Below, one piece after another: positions 26,601 to 35,968 of a stretch of 64,000 nucleotides of DNA. The position numbers and the translations under genes are program-made. The notes beneath the pieces were generated by a model. That model ran no database searches and had not been told where the DNA came from. It worked only from the letters and a program-made list of their open reading frames with translations. The number at the start of each line of letters is the position of its first letter. The first letter of the stretch is position 1. Source of the stretch: Myxococcales bacterium (GTDB taxonomy: Bacteria > Myxococcota_A > UBA9042 > JABWCM01 > BTVJ01); contig BTVJ01000022.1 in NCBI GenBank assembly GCA_045863395.1, positions 35,443 to 99,442 on the forward strand. Direction: 5' to 3'.

Positions 26601-29600
26601 CCCCGTCAGAGAGGCGGCCGTTGTTTGCGATGACCGTGATCTTGGGTGGAAAGACGGTCCCGCCTGGCAGGACGATGGGCGTGTCGTCGGCGAAGATGTT
26701 GCCCCCGATGACGACGCCGGAGACGGGGCCCGCGAGGTCGATGCCCACATGGTTGCCCCAGAGTGGGTTTGCCGAGGCGCCCCCGATGGGGGGCGGGGCG
26801 CCCACCGTGCCCCGAATCACCACGTCGGTGGCATCCAACACCTCGATCCCCACCTCGTTGGACGTGACGTACTCGTTGTGGAGGGTGACCCCCTCGGCAC
26901 CGTCGCGGATGCGGACACCGCGAGACCCCGCCGTGATGGACGATGGCGGCGCCGAGGCGCTCGCACCACCCCGAATCTCCATGGACTGGGTCTGGATCTG
27001 TCTGCTGCCGCCGTGAATGTCGAGGCCCGCGCCCCCGCCGTAGCCCCGAATGGAGCCGGCGATTGAGATGGCCTCCGAGCCGTCGATGTCCAGACCCGTG
27101 CGACAGCCCGTGATGACCACGTTCAGAAGAACGGCGCGGCAGTTCACCAGCCGAATTCCGGTGTGACACGTGTCCGGGGTGCCTTTGATATTGGCGATCA
27201 CTACGGCGTCCTCGATGTCCACCAGCTCGAGCACGGGCATCTCCGGGTCGTCGAGCTGCACCGACGCCACGGAGAGGCTGATGGAGGAGTGAGCCGGCTT
27301 CGCGGAGATCCCCTTGAGCAGGAGTCCTCCGCCGGTCTGGACCGAGATTGCCACGTCCGTCCAAAGCAGCCCGTCGATGGTCAGCGGCGGCAAGTGGGTG
27401 ACCCCTGGTCCGTTCGTCAGAGTGTCGCGGATATCGCCGGCGGTGACCCCCTCCCAGGTGTTCGGGCAGGGGCTCGTGGGGAGCCCGAGCAGCTGGTTGA
27501 ACGAGTTCGGCTCGGTGTACGTGCACTTCGCCGGGCAATGCACGCCATCCCCCGCCCGGGCCGGCGGGTACGTCGAGGTGATGGGTGGGGGCGGCGAAGC
27601 CTGGATGTCGTAGGCCCACTCCCCGAGGGGAGGCACGAGCTCGCAACTGTAGACGGGGGGTTCGCCCTCGGGGGCCACATTCACCGCCTGATAGGAGAAG
27701 TGCCCCTCCGGCTGACTCAATCCGGTGACGAACGAGACTCCGGTCTGCCATGCGCTCGGAGAGTTCACGGAGATCGTCCGCCCATGGATGGGCCAGGGCT
27801 CCTCGCCGATCGGAATCTCGAAGGTCGTCTCGCCAGACGGGGTCCGCAGCTTTGCAGTCATCGACGCGGGAAACGGAGGGACGAGCTTCAGCCCGAGGCG
27901 GGTCGTCAGCTTCGATGCCTGGACATCGCCGCCCGGGAGCGCCTCCAGCGCCAAGATGGGCAGCACCGTGGTCGCCGCTCCGTCGGCCTCCTGCAGCACG
28001 AGGCGCAGCGCGTCCCTGCGCTCGCCCAGGTTGAAGCCGCCGATGGTGAACACCTCGTTTCCTCCGACGGACTCGGGCTGGAGCGCGCCCTCGGCAGGGA
28101 TCACCGGCGCCGGGAGCACGGTCAGGGTGCGCCCCGTGTCCACCCGGCCCCCTGGGTGCAGCGCGGCGAAGGCGGGGGAGTCGATGCCCGTGTCGATGAG
28201 GAGGGCAAATGTCCCCGGTGGCGTCGTGGGCTCGGTCGCGGCCACCAGCTCCGTGTCGCTGGAGAAGCCCGGATCGTGGAACAGCGTCACGGGGCCTGAC
28301 GGGGTCTCCAGCAGCACGGTCATTGTCTCTGGGTCGAAGCCCGCCCCGCTCAAGCGCACCGCCGGGTCGTAGTTTCCGCCGACCTGGATCAGGGGGATGA
28401 AGGTCGTGCCTGGACTGACTGCCGAGACCGTGGGGACGATGACCAGAACCTCGCCCAGCTCGGCCCCTTGCGGGGGGTGGAGGATACTCACCGAGACTGC
28501 GCCCGCCAGCCCGGTCGGCACCGCGAAGGTCAGCTCCGCGCCGGCGAGATTACCCGAGACCGTGCGGCGGCGGCCAGAGCGGTCAGTGAGCCCCAGGGGC
28601 ACCTTGCCCGGGCTGTCGGGGTGGGGCCTGAAGTCCGCACCGACGAGGGTGACAACGGCGCCTTGGGCAACGGGGCGGGGATCCTCCTGCGCAATCTCGA
28701 TGGGCGTGAGGTCTCCCCCGATGTCGATGGCGACGACGGTCGGCGAGAACGGGTTCCCAACCCGCAGGAGGAGCGTGTCCATGGGCGAGGTGAACGGGGT
28801 CGCGGGGCTGAGCCCGGTGTTTCCAAGCATGGTGGCGACGCGGTCGAGCATCGACCCGACGGCCGCAGCGACCCCCAACGGGTTGAAGAGCTTGTCGATC
28901 GTGCTCCACGAGATCTTCTTGCCCAGCAGGCGCACGCTCTTGACCGCCTTGGACAGCTTGGAGAGCACCTTGGCCGACGCGATGTCCTGCGCGTCCTCGG
29001 CGGCCTGCCCGAGGGCCTGCTCGATGCACCCGGCCAGCGCGTCGGTCCCCACGTCCACGGCGTCGAAGAGGGCGCCCCTCGTGGCCTCGGACGGGGTCTG
29101 GTCCCCGGTCACGGGGATGGACGCCACCGCCGGGCCGAGGGCCTGGACGACGCCGTCGGTGCAGGCCTCCGCGTAGTCCGAGACGTCGACGACCAGCGAG
29201 ACGACCTCCAGCAGGAAGCTCACCACATTGAACGCGATTGCGGCGCGGTGCTCGTCGGGGAACCGGGACGCGACGAACTCCAGCTCGCCGCACTCGGCGC
29301 CAGTGTGCAGCTTGCCGGTGAACACGCGCATCACGTAGACGCCCGGCTGAGACGGCGCGTAGGCAAAACCCTGTGCCGGCTCCGCGACGCCGAGCAGATC
29401 GTGGACCAGGCCGACACCGTAGGAGGCCGCCGCGTCGATGACGATGCCGAGCACGTCGAGGTAGCCGTAGAGGCTGTCGGCGTGGACGTAGCCGGTCTGG
29501 ACGTTCAGGGTCTCGAACATCGGGTAGAATGAGGCGCCAGGCTCACAGATCCTGCGGTTGGTCAGCCCCTCGAGCTGCCCCTCGGAGACGAGCAGCGTCG

Positions 29601-31062
29601 GCTCATTGGGGGCATACCACGCGATGGGGTGCGCCGCGTCCAGGTCCACGCGGGCGAAGCGCACCACGCCCGAGAGCGGCATCCCGGGCTCCGCCTCCAC
29701 CAGCACCGTACCCTCCTCGGGGATGACGTCCGCACGAAACTGGCGGAAGTGGTCGAGGGGATGCCACGCCGCCCCGTGCAGGTTGCCTGGCGGGGCCCCG
29801 GTGGCCGGACGGGTCAGCGGCGCGGGCAGGAGCGCGAGACAGTCTGCGACGGCCGCCAGATAGAGCGCCTGGAAGTCAGGGTCACCGAAGGGGTCCGGGG
29901 TCGCCGCGTAGCTCTGGGTGATCCAGTCCTCCAGATCGTCGATGGCCGGGACGTGCTCCGCGAGATCGAGGAGCGCCCGGGCGACGGTCGGGCTCGGCGT
30001 CGCGAACGCCGGGTGCAGGAACACGAGCGCGACGGCAGTGCTTCGGGGGCTGACGACCAGCGAGGCGGGCGGAGCACTGACGTCTCCGGCGACGAGCGCG
30101 CTCAGCGCGAACAGGTCGTTGGTGGTGTCGCCCTCGGCGTCCAGCGTGGCGATGGTCAGCGTCACGCCGGGCGCCTGGACGGGCAGCGCGAAGGCGCCGG
30201 ACGCGGCGGGCTCGACCGCGCCGGCCCGGTTGCCGAGCTCGTAGCCGGCGGGAGCCCCCGCCGGCGGAACGAGGAGCCCGCCGACGACCGCGGTGCCCGG
30301 CGCGGCGCCGCCAGCGAGGGTCACCGGGACCTCCACGCTGGTGAACGGCCCGGCACCGTCGCGGGCCACGGCGACCAGGACATGGGGCCCGGGCGGCAAT
30401 GCACCCACCTCGATGATACACGTCCACCCCGCTGCCTGGCTCGCCGTGCATGCCCGCAGCCCCAAGTCCTTCCAGTGGAAGGACACCTCCTCGATCTCGC
30501 CGTAGGGAGACCCAGCCTCGGCGAGGAGCTCCACGGCGCCCGCGAGGCTCGCCCCGGGCGGGGGCTCCAGGACCACCAGCGTGCGCTCCGCGGGGGGAGT
30601 GACATCGGCCCCCGAATCAGCCGAGTCTGCATCGGGGGCCTCGGTGTCAGACGAATCGCCAGCTTTGGTGTCGTCGGTGTCTCCCGTTTCGCTGGAGTCA
30701 TCGCTCGCGTCCTGCGGCACCACCGAGTCTCCCCCGTCCTGGCCATCGGCCGAGCCTCCGCTCGCGGAGTCTCCGCTGGCCGCGTCTCCGCTGGCGTCCA
30801 GCGGGACTTCTCCGCCGTCGGTCTCACCGACCGCGTCCGCCCCGGAGACCTCGGGGGCGTTGGAATCCGCTGCCTCCCCGTCGCCTGGCGTGTCGGACGC
30901 TGGTCCCCCGTCAACCGCAACACCCACGTCCGCACCAGAGTCGACAGTCGCACCCACCGAGTCGTCGTCAGGGCAACCTGCGCAGAGGATGGAGACGAAG
31001 AGGGCGACTGCGCCCCAGCCGGTGCCAAGGCGCCGGGCGTGAGAGAATGTCGCGCACTGCAT
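23593..31062 (-). CDS. Giant lipoprotein (~2490 aa): D/S/G linker, Ig-like domains, right-handed parallel beta-helix, C-terminal TolB-like PD40 repeats
   Basis: Lipobox-like LCAGC; many VSGNGxxGV / GTDxTGTxAxPN beta-helix repeats; DPAFSWD..LAFASDR and PAWHP PD40 motifs. Start chosen at MQCATF. Confidence 0.85.
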   Translation of the reverse strand: MQCATFSHARRLGTGWGAVALFVSILCAGCPDDDSVGATVDSGADVGVAVDGGPASDTPGDGEAADSNAPEVSGADAVGETDGGEVPLDASGDAASGDSASGGSADGQDGGDSVVPQDASDDSSETGDTDDTKAGDSSDTEAPDADSADSGADVTPPAERTLVVLEPPPGASLAGAVELLAEAGSPYGEIEEVSFHWKDLGLRACTASQAAGWTCIIEVGALPPGPHVLVAVARDGAGPFTSVEVPVTLAGGAAPGTAVVGGLLVPPAGAPAGYELGNRAGAVEPAASGAFALPVQAPGVTLTIATLDAEGDTTNDLFALSALVAGDVSAPPASLVVSPRSTAVALVFLHPAFATPSPTVARALLDLAEHVPAIDDLEDWITQSYAATPDPFGDPDFQALYLAAVADCLALLPAPLTRPATGAPPGNLHGAAWHPLDHFRQFRADVIPEEGTVLVEAEPGMPLSGVVRFARVDLDAAHPIAWYAPNEPTLLVSEGQLEGLTNRRICEPGASFYPMFETLNVQTGYVHADSLYGYLDVLGIVIDAAASYGVGLVHDLLGVAEPAQGFAYAPSQPGVYVMRVFTGKLHTGAECGELEFVASRFPDEHRAAIAFNVVSFLLEVVSLVVDVSDYAEACTDGVVQALGPAVASIPVTGDQTPSEATRGALFDAVDVGTDALAGCIEQALGQAAEDAQDIASAKVLSKLSKAVKSVRLLGKKISWSTIDKLFNPLGVAAAVGSMLDRVATMLGNTGLSPATPFTSPMDTLLLRVGNPFSPTVVAIDIGGDLTPIEIAQEDPRPVAQGAVVTLVGADFRPHPDSPGKVPLGLTDRSGRRRTVSGNLAGAELTFAVPTGLAGAVSVSILHPPQGAELGEVLVIVPTVSAVSPGTTFIPLIQVGGNYDPAVRLSGAGFDPETMTVLLETPSGPVTLFHDPGFSSDTELVAATEPTTPPGTFALLIDTGIDSPAFAALHPGGRVDTGRTLTVLPAPVIPAEGALQPESVGGNEVFTIGGFNLGERRDALRLVLQEADGAATTVLPILALEALPGGDVQASKLTTRLGLKLVPPFPASMTAKLRTPSGETTFEIPIGEEPWPIHGRTISVNSPSAWQTGVSFVTGLSQPEGHFSYQAVNVAPEGEPPVYSCELVPPLGEWAYDIQASPPPPITSTYPPARAGDGVHCPAKCTYTEPNSFNQLLGLPTSPCPNTWEGVTAGDIRDTLTNGPGVTHLPPLTIDGLLWTDVAISVQTGGGLLLKGISAKPAHSSISLSVASVQLDDPEMPVLELVDIEDAVVIANIKGTPDTCHTGIRLVNCRAVLLNVVITGCRTGLDIDGSEAISIAGSIRGYGGGAGLDIHGGSRQIQTQSMEIRGGASASAPPSSITAGSRGVRIRDGAEGVTLHNEYVTSNEVGIEVLDATDVVIRGTVGAPPPIGGASANPLWGNHVGIDLAGPVSGVVIGGNIFADDTPIVLPGGTVFPPKITVIANNGRLSDGAGIRVGEAADVVITRAYVGLSPPWTSAGNHVGIQILDGATGVRVEGSHLGDNVIADVEVDGATGVRLAGNLHAGRNLETWTKKHPFPTMDAGLSPGPCGPDNAPGAPVTVTAGFAGSASGVAVLVGDAQDVRIEGGAMVGAGVAILDSTDVSVVGTRVANTAGPGVYVQGASATLEQVVVEGAAQSGVWLDGTDDVAVTGCLGGNGAAGLEITGAPVGPGGPRAGRDLPVPSSSAPQEPKGTLFAHLAPRLPLGAGTLLLHANATHGVHAHTGSVPVALAGATSIGNGGDGLRVESYDGPVEVISSAFGLLAGPGADAVHPNEGAGVRVKGTSGVRLGAPGRGLVVSGNGADGVVIDGASGVRIEASFVGTDDTGTVAVPNGGSGVVAAGAEGLSLGAPGGRGAVLVSGNGAHGVQVDASGVAVAARVHNVYAGVDSSGTAALPNEGDGIRVQGCDGAAPQVTGCMVSGNAGAGIGVASCVGPLRLTDNLVGELNPPFAGPNIPLGNGFAGVALEDAEGALLRGNQVAGPGAGVLLTGSHDCVMDANVLRAQGDTQVALVGSSDNRLHANRIDGSAGGGAGVMVGPGSLRNTLSQNRITAHAGSAIALEGGGNAGIPAPVVTAALPSPGGWSFAGTVHPSVPDGSLVELYADEADEARVPVASAIVVGGLWSMTGVLGPPAADLAPAGSLASLFLHATVTDPAGNTSELGPVVLDDPEAAVPVGSCDLGGAPPGDLTGGADALALRVVTLAGSGAATTIGTGVSAVLADLDGVGRAAACGDLVAFAAPGIGGQDLYLRDLVVGVTQTVTSAPGTDTDPAFSWDCQTLAFASDREGTYDLFAVPTSGGTPASLTAGADEDREPSFGPGGALVFARRPVGKAVFGVSRLDGAVTSVIDTAADERTPAWHPGGDRVAFARCEKGRCRVVLRDLATGAESPLTPGGCDDRAPAWVPADPPLLLLARKAVAPAMPAPGAVVLATETGYPLWPVLSTEAAPACCVGAP

Positions 31063-31221
31063 AGGGTGCCTCCCGGGCGAGGAGGCCCGACTCGTGCTGA
31101 GGGGGCCTACCCGCCGTGCATGTCTCCCGCCCGCTTCGAGTACCGACAAGTGGCGAGACCGTAGCACGGACGGGGGGGCTGCGCAACCGGCGTGCCGTTC
31201 ACACCCAATTGCTGCGCCGGA

Positions 31222-32463
31222 TCAGCGCAGCGGAGTGACCCGTACGGCGGGGATCCGCAGCAGGGACTGCCAGTCGTGGGTCCCGACGAGCGGCAGCACG
31301 GCCTCCGGCAGCGGCCCGGACTTCTTCGTGATGACGAGCTTCTTGTGCGTGTCACGCTCCCACGACAGCTCCCACGTCCTGATCCCGAGGCTACCCTTGA
31401 GCTCGTCCTCCACGGGCTCCTCGTCGATCAGGCGGTCCGTGCCACCCTCCGCGAACACGGTGAAGGTCAGACAGGCGGGGCCCGCGTCGTTGGCGCCACA
31501 CAGCCAGACGGACCGGGTCTTGTCGGTGTGGACCAGGTTGACCCCCATGTCCGTGTCCACATTGTCCTGGAGCGCTCTCACCAGCACGCCCTCTCCATGC
31601 GCGGGCGGGTGCGCGCCCTGCACGGAGAACGCCTCCGCCGCCTCCACCTGCCCCGTGTTGTTGATGCCGAAGGCGCCCGGAGTCCAGTCGGTGGCAACGG
31701 AGCCCACGAGCTGCCAGCCGCCGCTGCCGGTCTCGACGGCCAGGGCGCGGTCGAGGAGCGCTCCCATGCCCTGCCCCGCGACCTCGAGGATCGCGGCCCG
31801 CAGCACGACCTTGGGGTTCACCTGCCGGGTCCCCTCGGCGTCGGTGACGACGGCACCGCCCCAGCTCGCCTGCTCCGTCTCCACGGTGCGGACCACCTTG
31901 CAGGTACACTGGAGGAGGGCATCCTCGTCGCCGGACCCGCAGTACCACCCCGACTTCGCCTCGGGGCACAGCGCCTCGGCGGTCTTGTGGGACGTCACCG
32001 CGCGCCCTCCGGGCAGCTTCTCCAGGCGCTTGCTCACGGTCTCGTTGGGCCGCAGCGCGATGGAGCGGCGGTAGTGATCGCTCGCCATCGTGAAGTCGCC
32101 GCGGTCCTCCGCGATGCGGCCGAGGTTGTAGTAGAGCGCCCCGAGGCTCGCCCCGGTCGTCGCCGTGCGGATGGCCTGGCGGGTCGCCTTCTCCGCGGGA
32201 TCGAGGGACCCGCCCAGGTAGAGCACCCAGCCCAGCTCCCCGAGGAGCGCCGGGTCGTTGGGGTCGAGCTCCACGGCCTTGCGCAGCTCGTCCGCCGCCT
32301 TCGTGTAGTCCTTGGCCTTGGCCGCCGCCCGCCCGGCCTTCTTGGCGGCCGCGAGGCGCGTCGCCATGTCCTTCACGGCCGCCGCGTCCACCTTCTTTGG
32401 CGTCTCTGCGGACACGCCGCTCGCTCCCAGCGCGACGACCAGCGCCACACACCACCTTCGCAT
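31222..32463 (-). CDS. Secreted tetratricopeptide-repeat protein
   Basis: GAGGGAGG RBS before ATG 32463; signal peptide; TPR motifs KAVELDPND...LG and YYNLGRIAE...YRRSIALRPN. Confidence 0.85.
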   Translation of the reverse strand: MRRWCVALVVALGASGVSAETPKKVDAAAVKDMATRLAAAKKAGRAAAKAKDYTKAADELRKAVELDPNDPALLGELGWVLYLGGSLDPAEKATRQAIRTATTGASLGALYYNLGRIAEDRGDFTMASDHYRRSIALRPNETVSKRLEKLPGGRAVTSHKTAEALCPEAKSGWYCGSGDEDALLQCTCKVVRTVETEQASWGGAVVTDAEGTRQVNPKVVLRAAILEVAGQGMGALLDRALAVETGSGGWQLVGSVATDWTPGAFGINNTGQVEAAEAFSVQGAHPPAHGEGVLVRALQDNVDTDMGVNLVHTDKTRSVWLCGANDAGPACLTFTVFAEGGTDRLIDEEPVEDELKGSLGIRTWELSWERDTHKKLVITKKSGPLPEAVLPLVGTHDWQSLLRIPAVRVTPLR

Positions 32464-32586
32464 GTCACTCCTCCCTCGTCCTCTCGGGTACAGCCCCTGC
32501 AACCACCCGGTGAGCGCACACCTTGACGCGCCCGCCGCGCGATGGCAACACCTCGGGGTAACGCACGCCCCACCGAGGAGGCCCCC

Positions 32587-35163
32587 ATGCACGCCGGAAG
32601 GCTCCTGCTCGCCCTCGCGCTCCTGGCGCCGCCCGCCTCGGCCGCCCCGCTGGATCGGACCGTCCAGGTCCAGGGGACACTGCTGACCAGCTCGGGCGTG
32701 CCTGCCAGCGGGACCTTTGCCGTGACGCTGCGGCTGTTCCCGTCGGCGTCCGGCGGCTCAGCGGTGTTCACGCAGCCGGAGGCGCCCGTGACGGTAGCGG
32801 GCGGCGTGTTCGACGCGGCGCTCGGGCCCCTCCCGCCCGGCGTGCTCGAGGCGGCCTCCGCCCTGTGGCTCGAGGCCCAGGTCGGCGGCGACCTGCTCCC
32901 CCGACAGCGCCTGCACGCGGTCCCTTACGCGCTGGTCGCGGAGACCGCCAACACGGCGGCGACCGCGGCCTCGCTGACGTGCCAGGGCTGCGTCGCCCCG
33001 GACCAGGTGAGCTTCGGCTACGCGGCCGCGACCAGCAAGGGCGGCGCCGCGGCAGCGCTGGATTGTGCAGGCTGCGTGGACCCGACGGACCTGGCCAGCG
33101 GCGCCATCGCGACGGTCCACCTGCAGGCAGGTGCAGTGACGGATGCCAAGGTGGCCTTCAACTACGCGGGCTCACCATCAAAAGGAGGGCCGGCGGCGGA
33201 CCTCCAGTGCTCGGGCTGCGTGGAGGGCGCCGAGATCGTGGCAAACGCAGCCCTGGCGGGGAACGTGACCGTGGGCGGAACCCTGGCGACCTGCATCGGA
33301 GGCGGAGCGTGCCAGGTGAAGATCGGCACGCCGGTCCTGCGCGACGCGGGCGACGCCCGGCTGACCATCCAGGCAGCGAGCGGGCTCAGGGTACGCGACG
33401 CGGCGGGCGCCGGCTGGGCTGCGCTGGAGGCGGGCTCGACGACCGTGACCGGGGCGCTCGGGGTGACCGGCGACGTGGCTGTCAGCGGCGTCGCCTCGCT
33501 GGGCGGCGCGCCGGTGACCCAGGGCGCGCGCCTCGACGTGCAGGGGACGTCGCTGGTGCGAGGCGCATTGGTCGCCACCGGGGGCACAGGGACCCTGGAG
33601 CTCAACGAGAACCAGGTGCCCATGTACGCGGAGCTCCCCTTCATCAACCCGAACCCCCAGATGTCCCTGTGGCCCGACGGCCAGACCCTCCCGACCGGCT
33701 ACGACCAGACGGAGCGCCTTACCGTGGCGCGCACCAGCACCGACGTGTACGCGGGCACCTACGCCGCGGACCTGACCGTCGCGGCGGGCCAGTCCAACGG
33801 CTACATCGCCCAGGACTTCCTCATCCCGCGCATGCTCCAGGGGCGCCGCATCCGCCTGTCCGTGGCAGCGAAGCCGGTGGGAGGAGCCACGAGCATCATC
33901 CTCTACGTGTGGCAGAAGCCGCTCTCCGGCGCGACGACGACGGTGTTCAACGTGACCATCCCCATCGCCGACGGCTGGCACGAGTACCAGGCGGAGGGCG
34001 TAGTGGCGGCGGACACGGAGCAGCTCCGCGCCCATGTCTATGTGGCGGGCGGCGCGGGCAAGCGGGCGGTGGTGGACGCCTTTACGCTGTACCCCGTCGA
34101 CGTGCGTGGCCCGGTGAACCTGGCGACGGAGGCCGGCCGCGTCGGCGTGGGTACGACGACCCCCGCGGTCAAGCTCGACGTGGCGGGCGCCATCAGGCTC
34201 GGCTCCGAAGGCACGTGCAGCTCGGCCACCGAGGGAGCGCTGCGCTACAACGCGGCGTCCAAGTCCCTGGAGCTCTGCGACGGAGCGTCCTGGACGACGG
34301 CGATCACCGGCGGCGACGCCCCCAACGACCTGATCACGTGCCGGTTCCAGAGCAGCACGTACATGGCGATCAATGGCAGCAACACGATCTCGTTCACGGC
34401 TCAGCAGTGCGGCGGGACCCTGCCTGACTCCACGTACCGCGGAGTCTTCGCCAAGACCGTCCAGTGCGGCCGGGACGAGGACTGGACCATCCTTCAGCCC
34501 GGCGACGCCGGAGGCCCTGGCGTCACCTACTGGCTAGCGAGCGCCTGCGCGGCGTCCACGTATGCCACGGACATCGAGGTGGTCTTCATCAAGGCTCAGA
34601 CCCAGGTGCCCAACGACGTCATCACGTGCAGATACCTGAACAGCGCGTTCAATCAGGGCGCCGGCTCGCAATCGCGTGCCTTCCTGGCTGCGGACTGCGG
34701 CGGAATCCTGCCCGACTCGGGCTATTTGGGGATGTTGAGCCACGCCAGCCAGTGCGGCTCCGACGAGGACTGGGAGGTCCGGTGGGCGGGCGAGCCGAGC
34801 GGCCCCGGCATCGGGTGGTGGATGGGCTCCGCCTGCGCCTACCTGCACGTGGGCGCCGTGTTTGCCCGGACCACCAGCCAGGCGCTGAAGAACGCCATCG
34901 TCTGCGAGTTCAAGAACACCGGCTACACTGCCCCCAACAGCCCCGGAAACGCGCCCACCGTGCGCCAGTGGCAGATCAGCGAGTGTGGCGGCAAGCTCCC
35001 GGACGCCTCGTACCAGGGAGTCCAGGTCAAGGGCGTCCAGTGCGGCGCGGACGAAGACTGGGCGATCCTCGACGCCGACGAGCCGGGCGGCCCGGGAATC
35101 TCGCTGTGGATCTCGTCGAGCTGCGCCGGAGCTCACTACAAGGCGGTCTACCTGAAGCGGTGA
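32587..35163 (+). CDS. Secreted fibre/adhesin-like protein 1 (CxGC stalk repeats, CBM-like domain, three novel C-terminal repeats)
   Basis: GAGGAGG RBS; signal peptide; QG.L...FD..LG...WLE..VGG..LPRQRL.AVPYA N-domain; VGVGTTTP and EGALRYN...LELCDG motifs typical of trimeric fibres. Confidence 0.8.
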   Translation: MHAGRLLLALALLAPPASAAPLDRTVQVQGTLLTSSGVPASGTFAVTLRLFPSASGGSAVFTQPEAPVTVAGGVFDAALGPLPPGVLEAASALWLEAQVGGDLLPRQRLHAVPYALVAETANTAATAASLTCQGCVAPDQVSFGYAAATSKGGAAAALDCAGCVDPTDLASGAIATVHLQAGAVTDAKVAFNYAGSPSKGGPAADLQCSGCVEGAEIVANAALAGNVTVGGTLATCIGGGACQVKIGTPVLRDAGDARLTIQAASGLRVRDAAGAGWAALEAGSTTVTGALGVTGDVAVSGVASLGGAPVTQGARLDVQGTSLVRGALVATGGTGTLELNENQVPMYAELPFINPNPQMSLWPDGQTLPTGYDQTERLTVARTSTDVYAGTYAADLTVAAGQSNGYIAQDFLIPRMLQGRRIRLSVAAKPVGGATSIILYVWQKPLSGATTTVFNVTIPIADGWHEYQAEGVVAADTEQLRAHVYVAGGAGKRAVVDAFTLYPVDVRGPVNLATEAGRVGVGTTTPAVKLDVAGAIRLGSEGTCSSATEGALRYNAASKSLELCDGASWTTAITGGDAPNDLITCRFQSSTYMAINGSNTISFTAQQCGGTLPDSTYRGVFAKTVQCGRDEDWTILQPGDAGGPGVTYWLASACAASTYATDIEVVFIKAQTQVPNDVITCRYLNSAFNQGAGSQSRAFLAADCGGILPDSGYLGMLSHASQCGSDEDWEVRWAGEPSGPGIGWWMGSACAYLHVGAVFARTTSQALKNAIVCEFKNTGYTAPNSPGNAPTVRQWQISECGGKLPDASYQGVQVKGVQCGADEDWAILDADEPGGPGISLWISSSCAGAHYKAVYLKR

Positions 35164-35320
35164 GCCCGGCGGGGCCACCGCAGACGCACCGTCGTCGAGC
35201 CTGGCCGAATTTGCGCACATCCCTTGCCCCCCTGTCGCTCCTGGTGCAAGGCTACCGGGACGAAGCCTCTCTCCAACCAGCTCCTCGCCGTCACCGCCGA
35301 CCCCTGGGCGAGACACCGTC

Positions 35321-35845
35321 TCAGCGGCCCAGCTCAGGAGGCAGGCGCTCCAGCCACCCGGCCTCCAGCACCCCCCACAGCCCGATGAGGATCGCCTCGG
35401 CGGCGTCGTGACGCAGTGACGTCGGGCTCGGCGCACCGGACCACGCAATGACCCGCCGTGCCAGCCGGTCCGCCGCGCGCTTCGCATCCTCACCCGCCCG
35501 CTGCTCCCGCGCATGTAGCAGGCGCCTCCGCCAGACCTCGGCCCCGATCACGTGCACGGTCGCCCCTTGTCGCTTGGCCTCCCGCCCCCAGATCTCGGCC
35601 AATGCCCGGTCTCCCTCCGCGACGAGCCAGGCCAGCGCCGGGAGCCCGCGGACGACCGCCAGCACCCCCCTCCGCAATGTCGCCGCCGATCCGAAGTGCT
35701 GGGACCGGTACCAGATCAGCCGGCCGTCGCCGCCATACAGAGCGAGCCCCGTTCGCAACCCGAGGTCCACGGCGAGCCCCGACACCTCCCCGCCATCCCG
35801 GGGGAGGTCGCCACGCTCGTCGGTGCTGGAGCGGTCCGGACCCAT
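35321..35845 (-). CDS. Hypothetical protein, possible RNase H/RuvC-like fold
   Basis: LAVDLGLRTGLA N-terminal motif, conserved-looking E, and C-terminal HDAAEAILIG. Start uncertain (35845 or GTG 35785). Confidence 0.6.
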   Translation of the reverse strand: MGPDRSSTDERGDLPRDGGEVSGLAVDLGLRTGLALYGGDGRLIWYRSQHFGSAATLRRGVLAVVRGLPALAWLVAEGDRALAEIWGREAKRQGATVHVIGAEVWRRRLLHAREQRAGEDAKRAADRLARRVIAWSGAPSPTSLRHDAAEAILIGLWGVLEAGWLERLPPELGR

Positions 35846-35968
35846 GGGTAGGGACAGTACCCGATCAGAAGGCTCACGGCACCTCGCCTCACGTGCGGCC
35901 GTGTCGAGCACCAGCCCGTGGGACCCGGCTTCGTCCCGCGCACTCGCCCGCAGCGAAGGGAGACTCCC

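Noticed and set aside
32975..33225. CxxC motifs in the fibre proteins as heme c sites
   Set aside because: The motif is CxGCV, lacking the His of CxxCH.
32587..35163. Fibre genes as prophage tail-fibre remnants
   Set aside because: They carry Sec signal peptides and there are no phage structural, terminase or integrase genes nearby.
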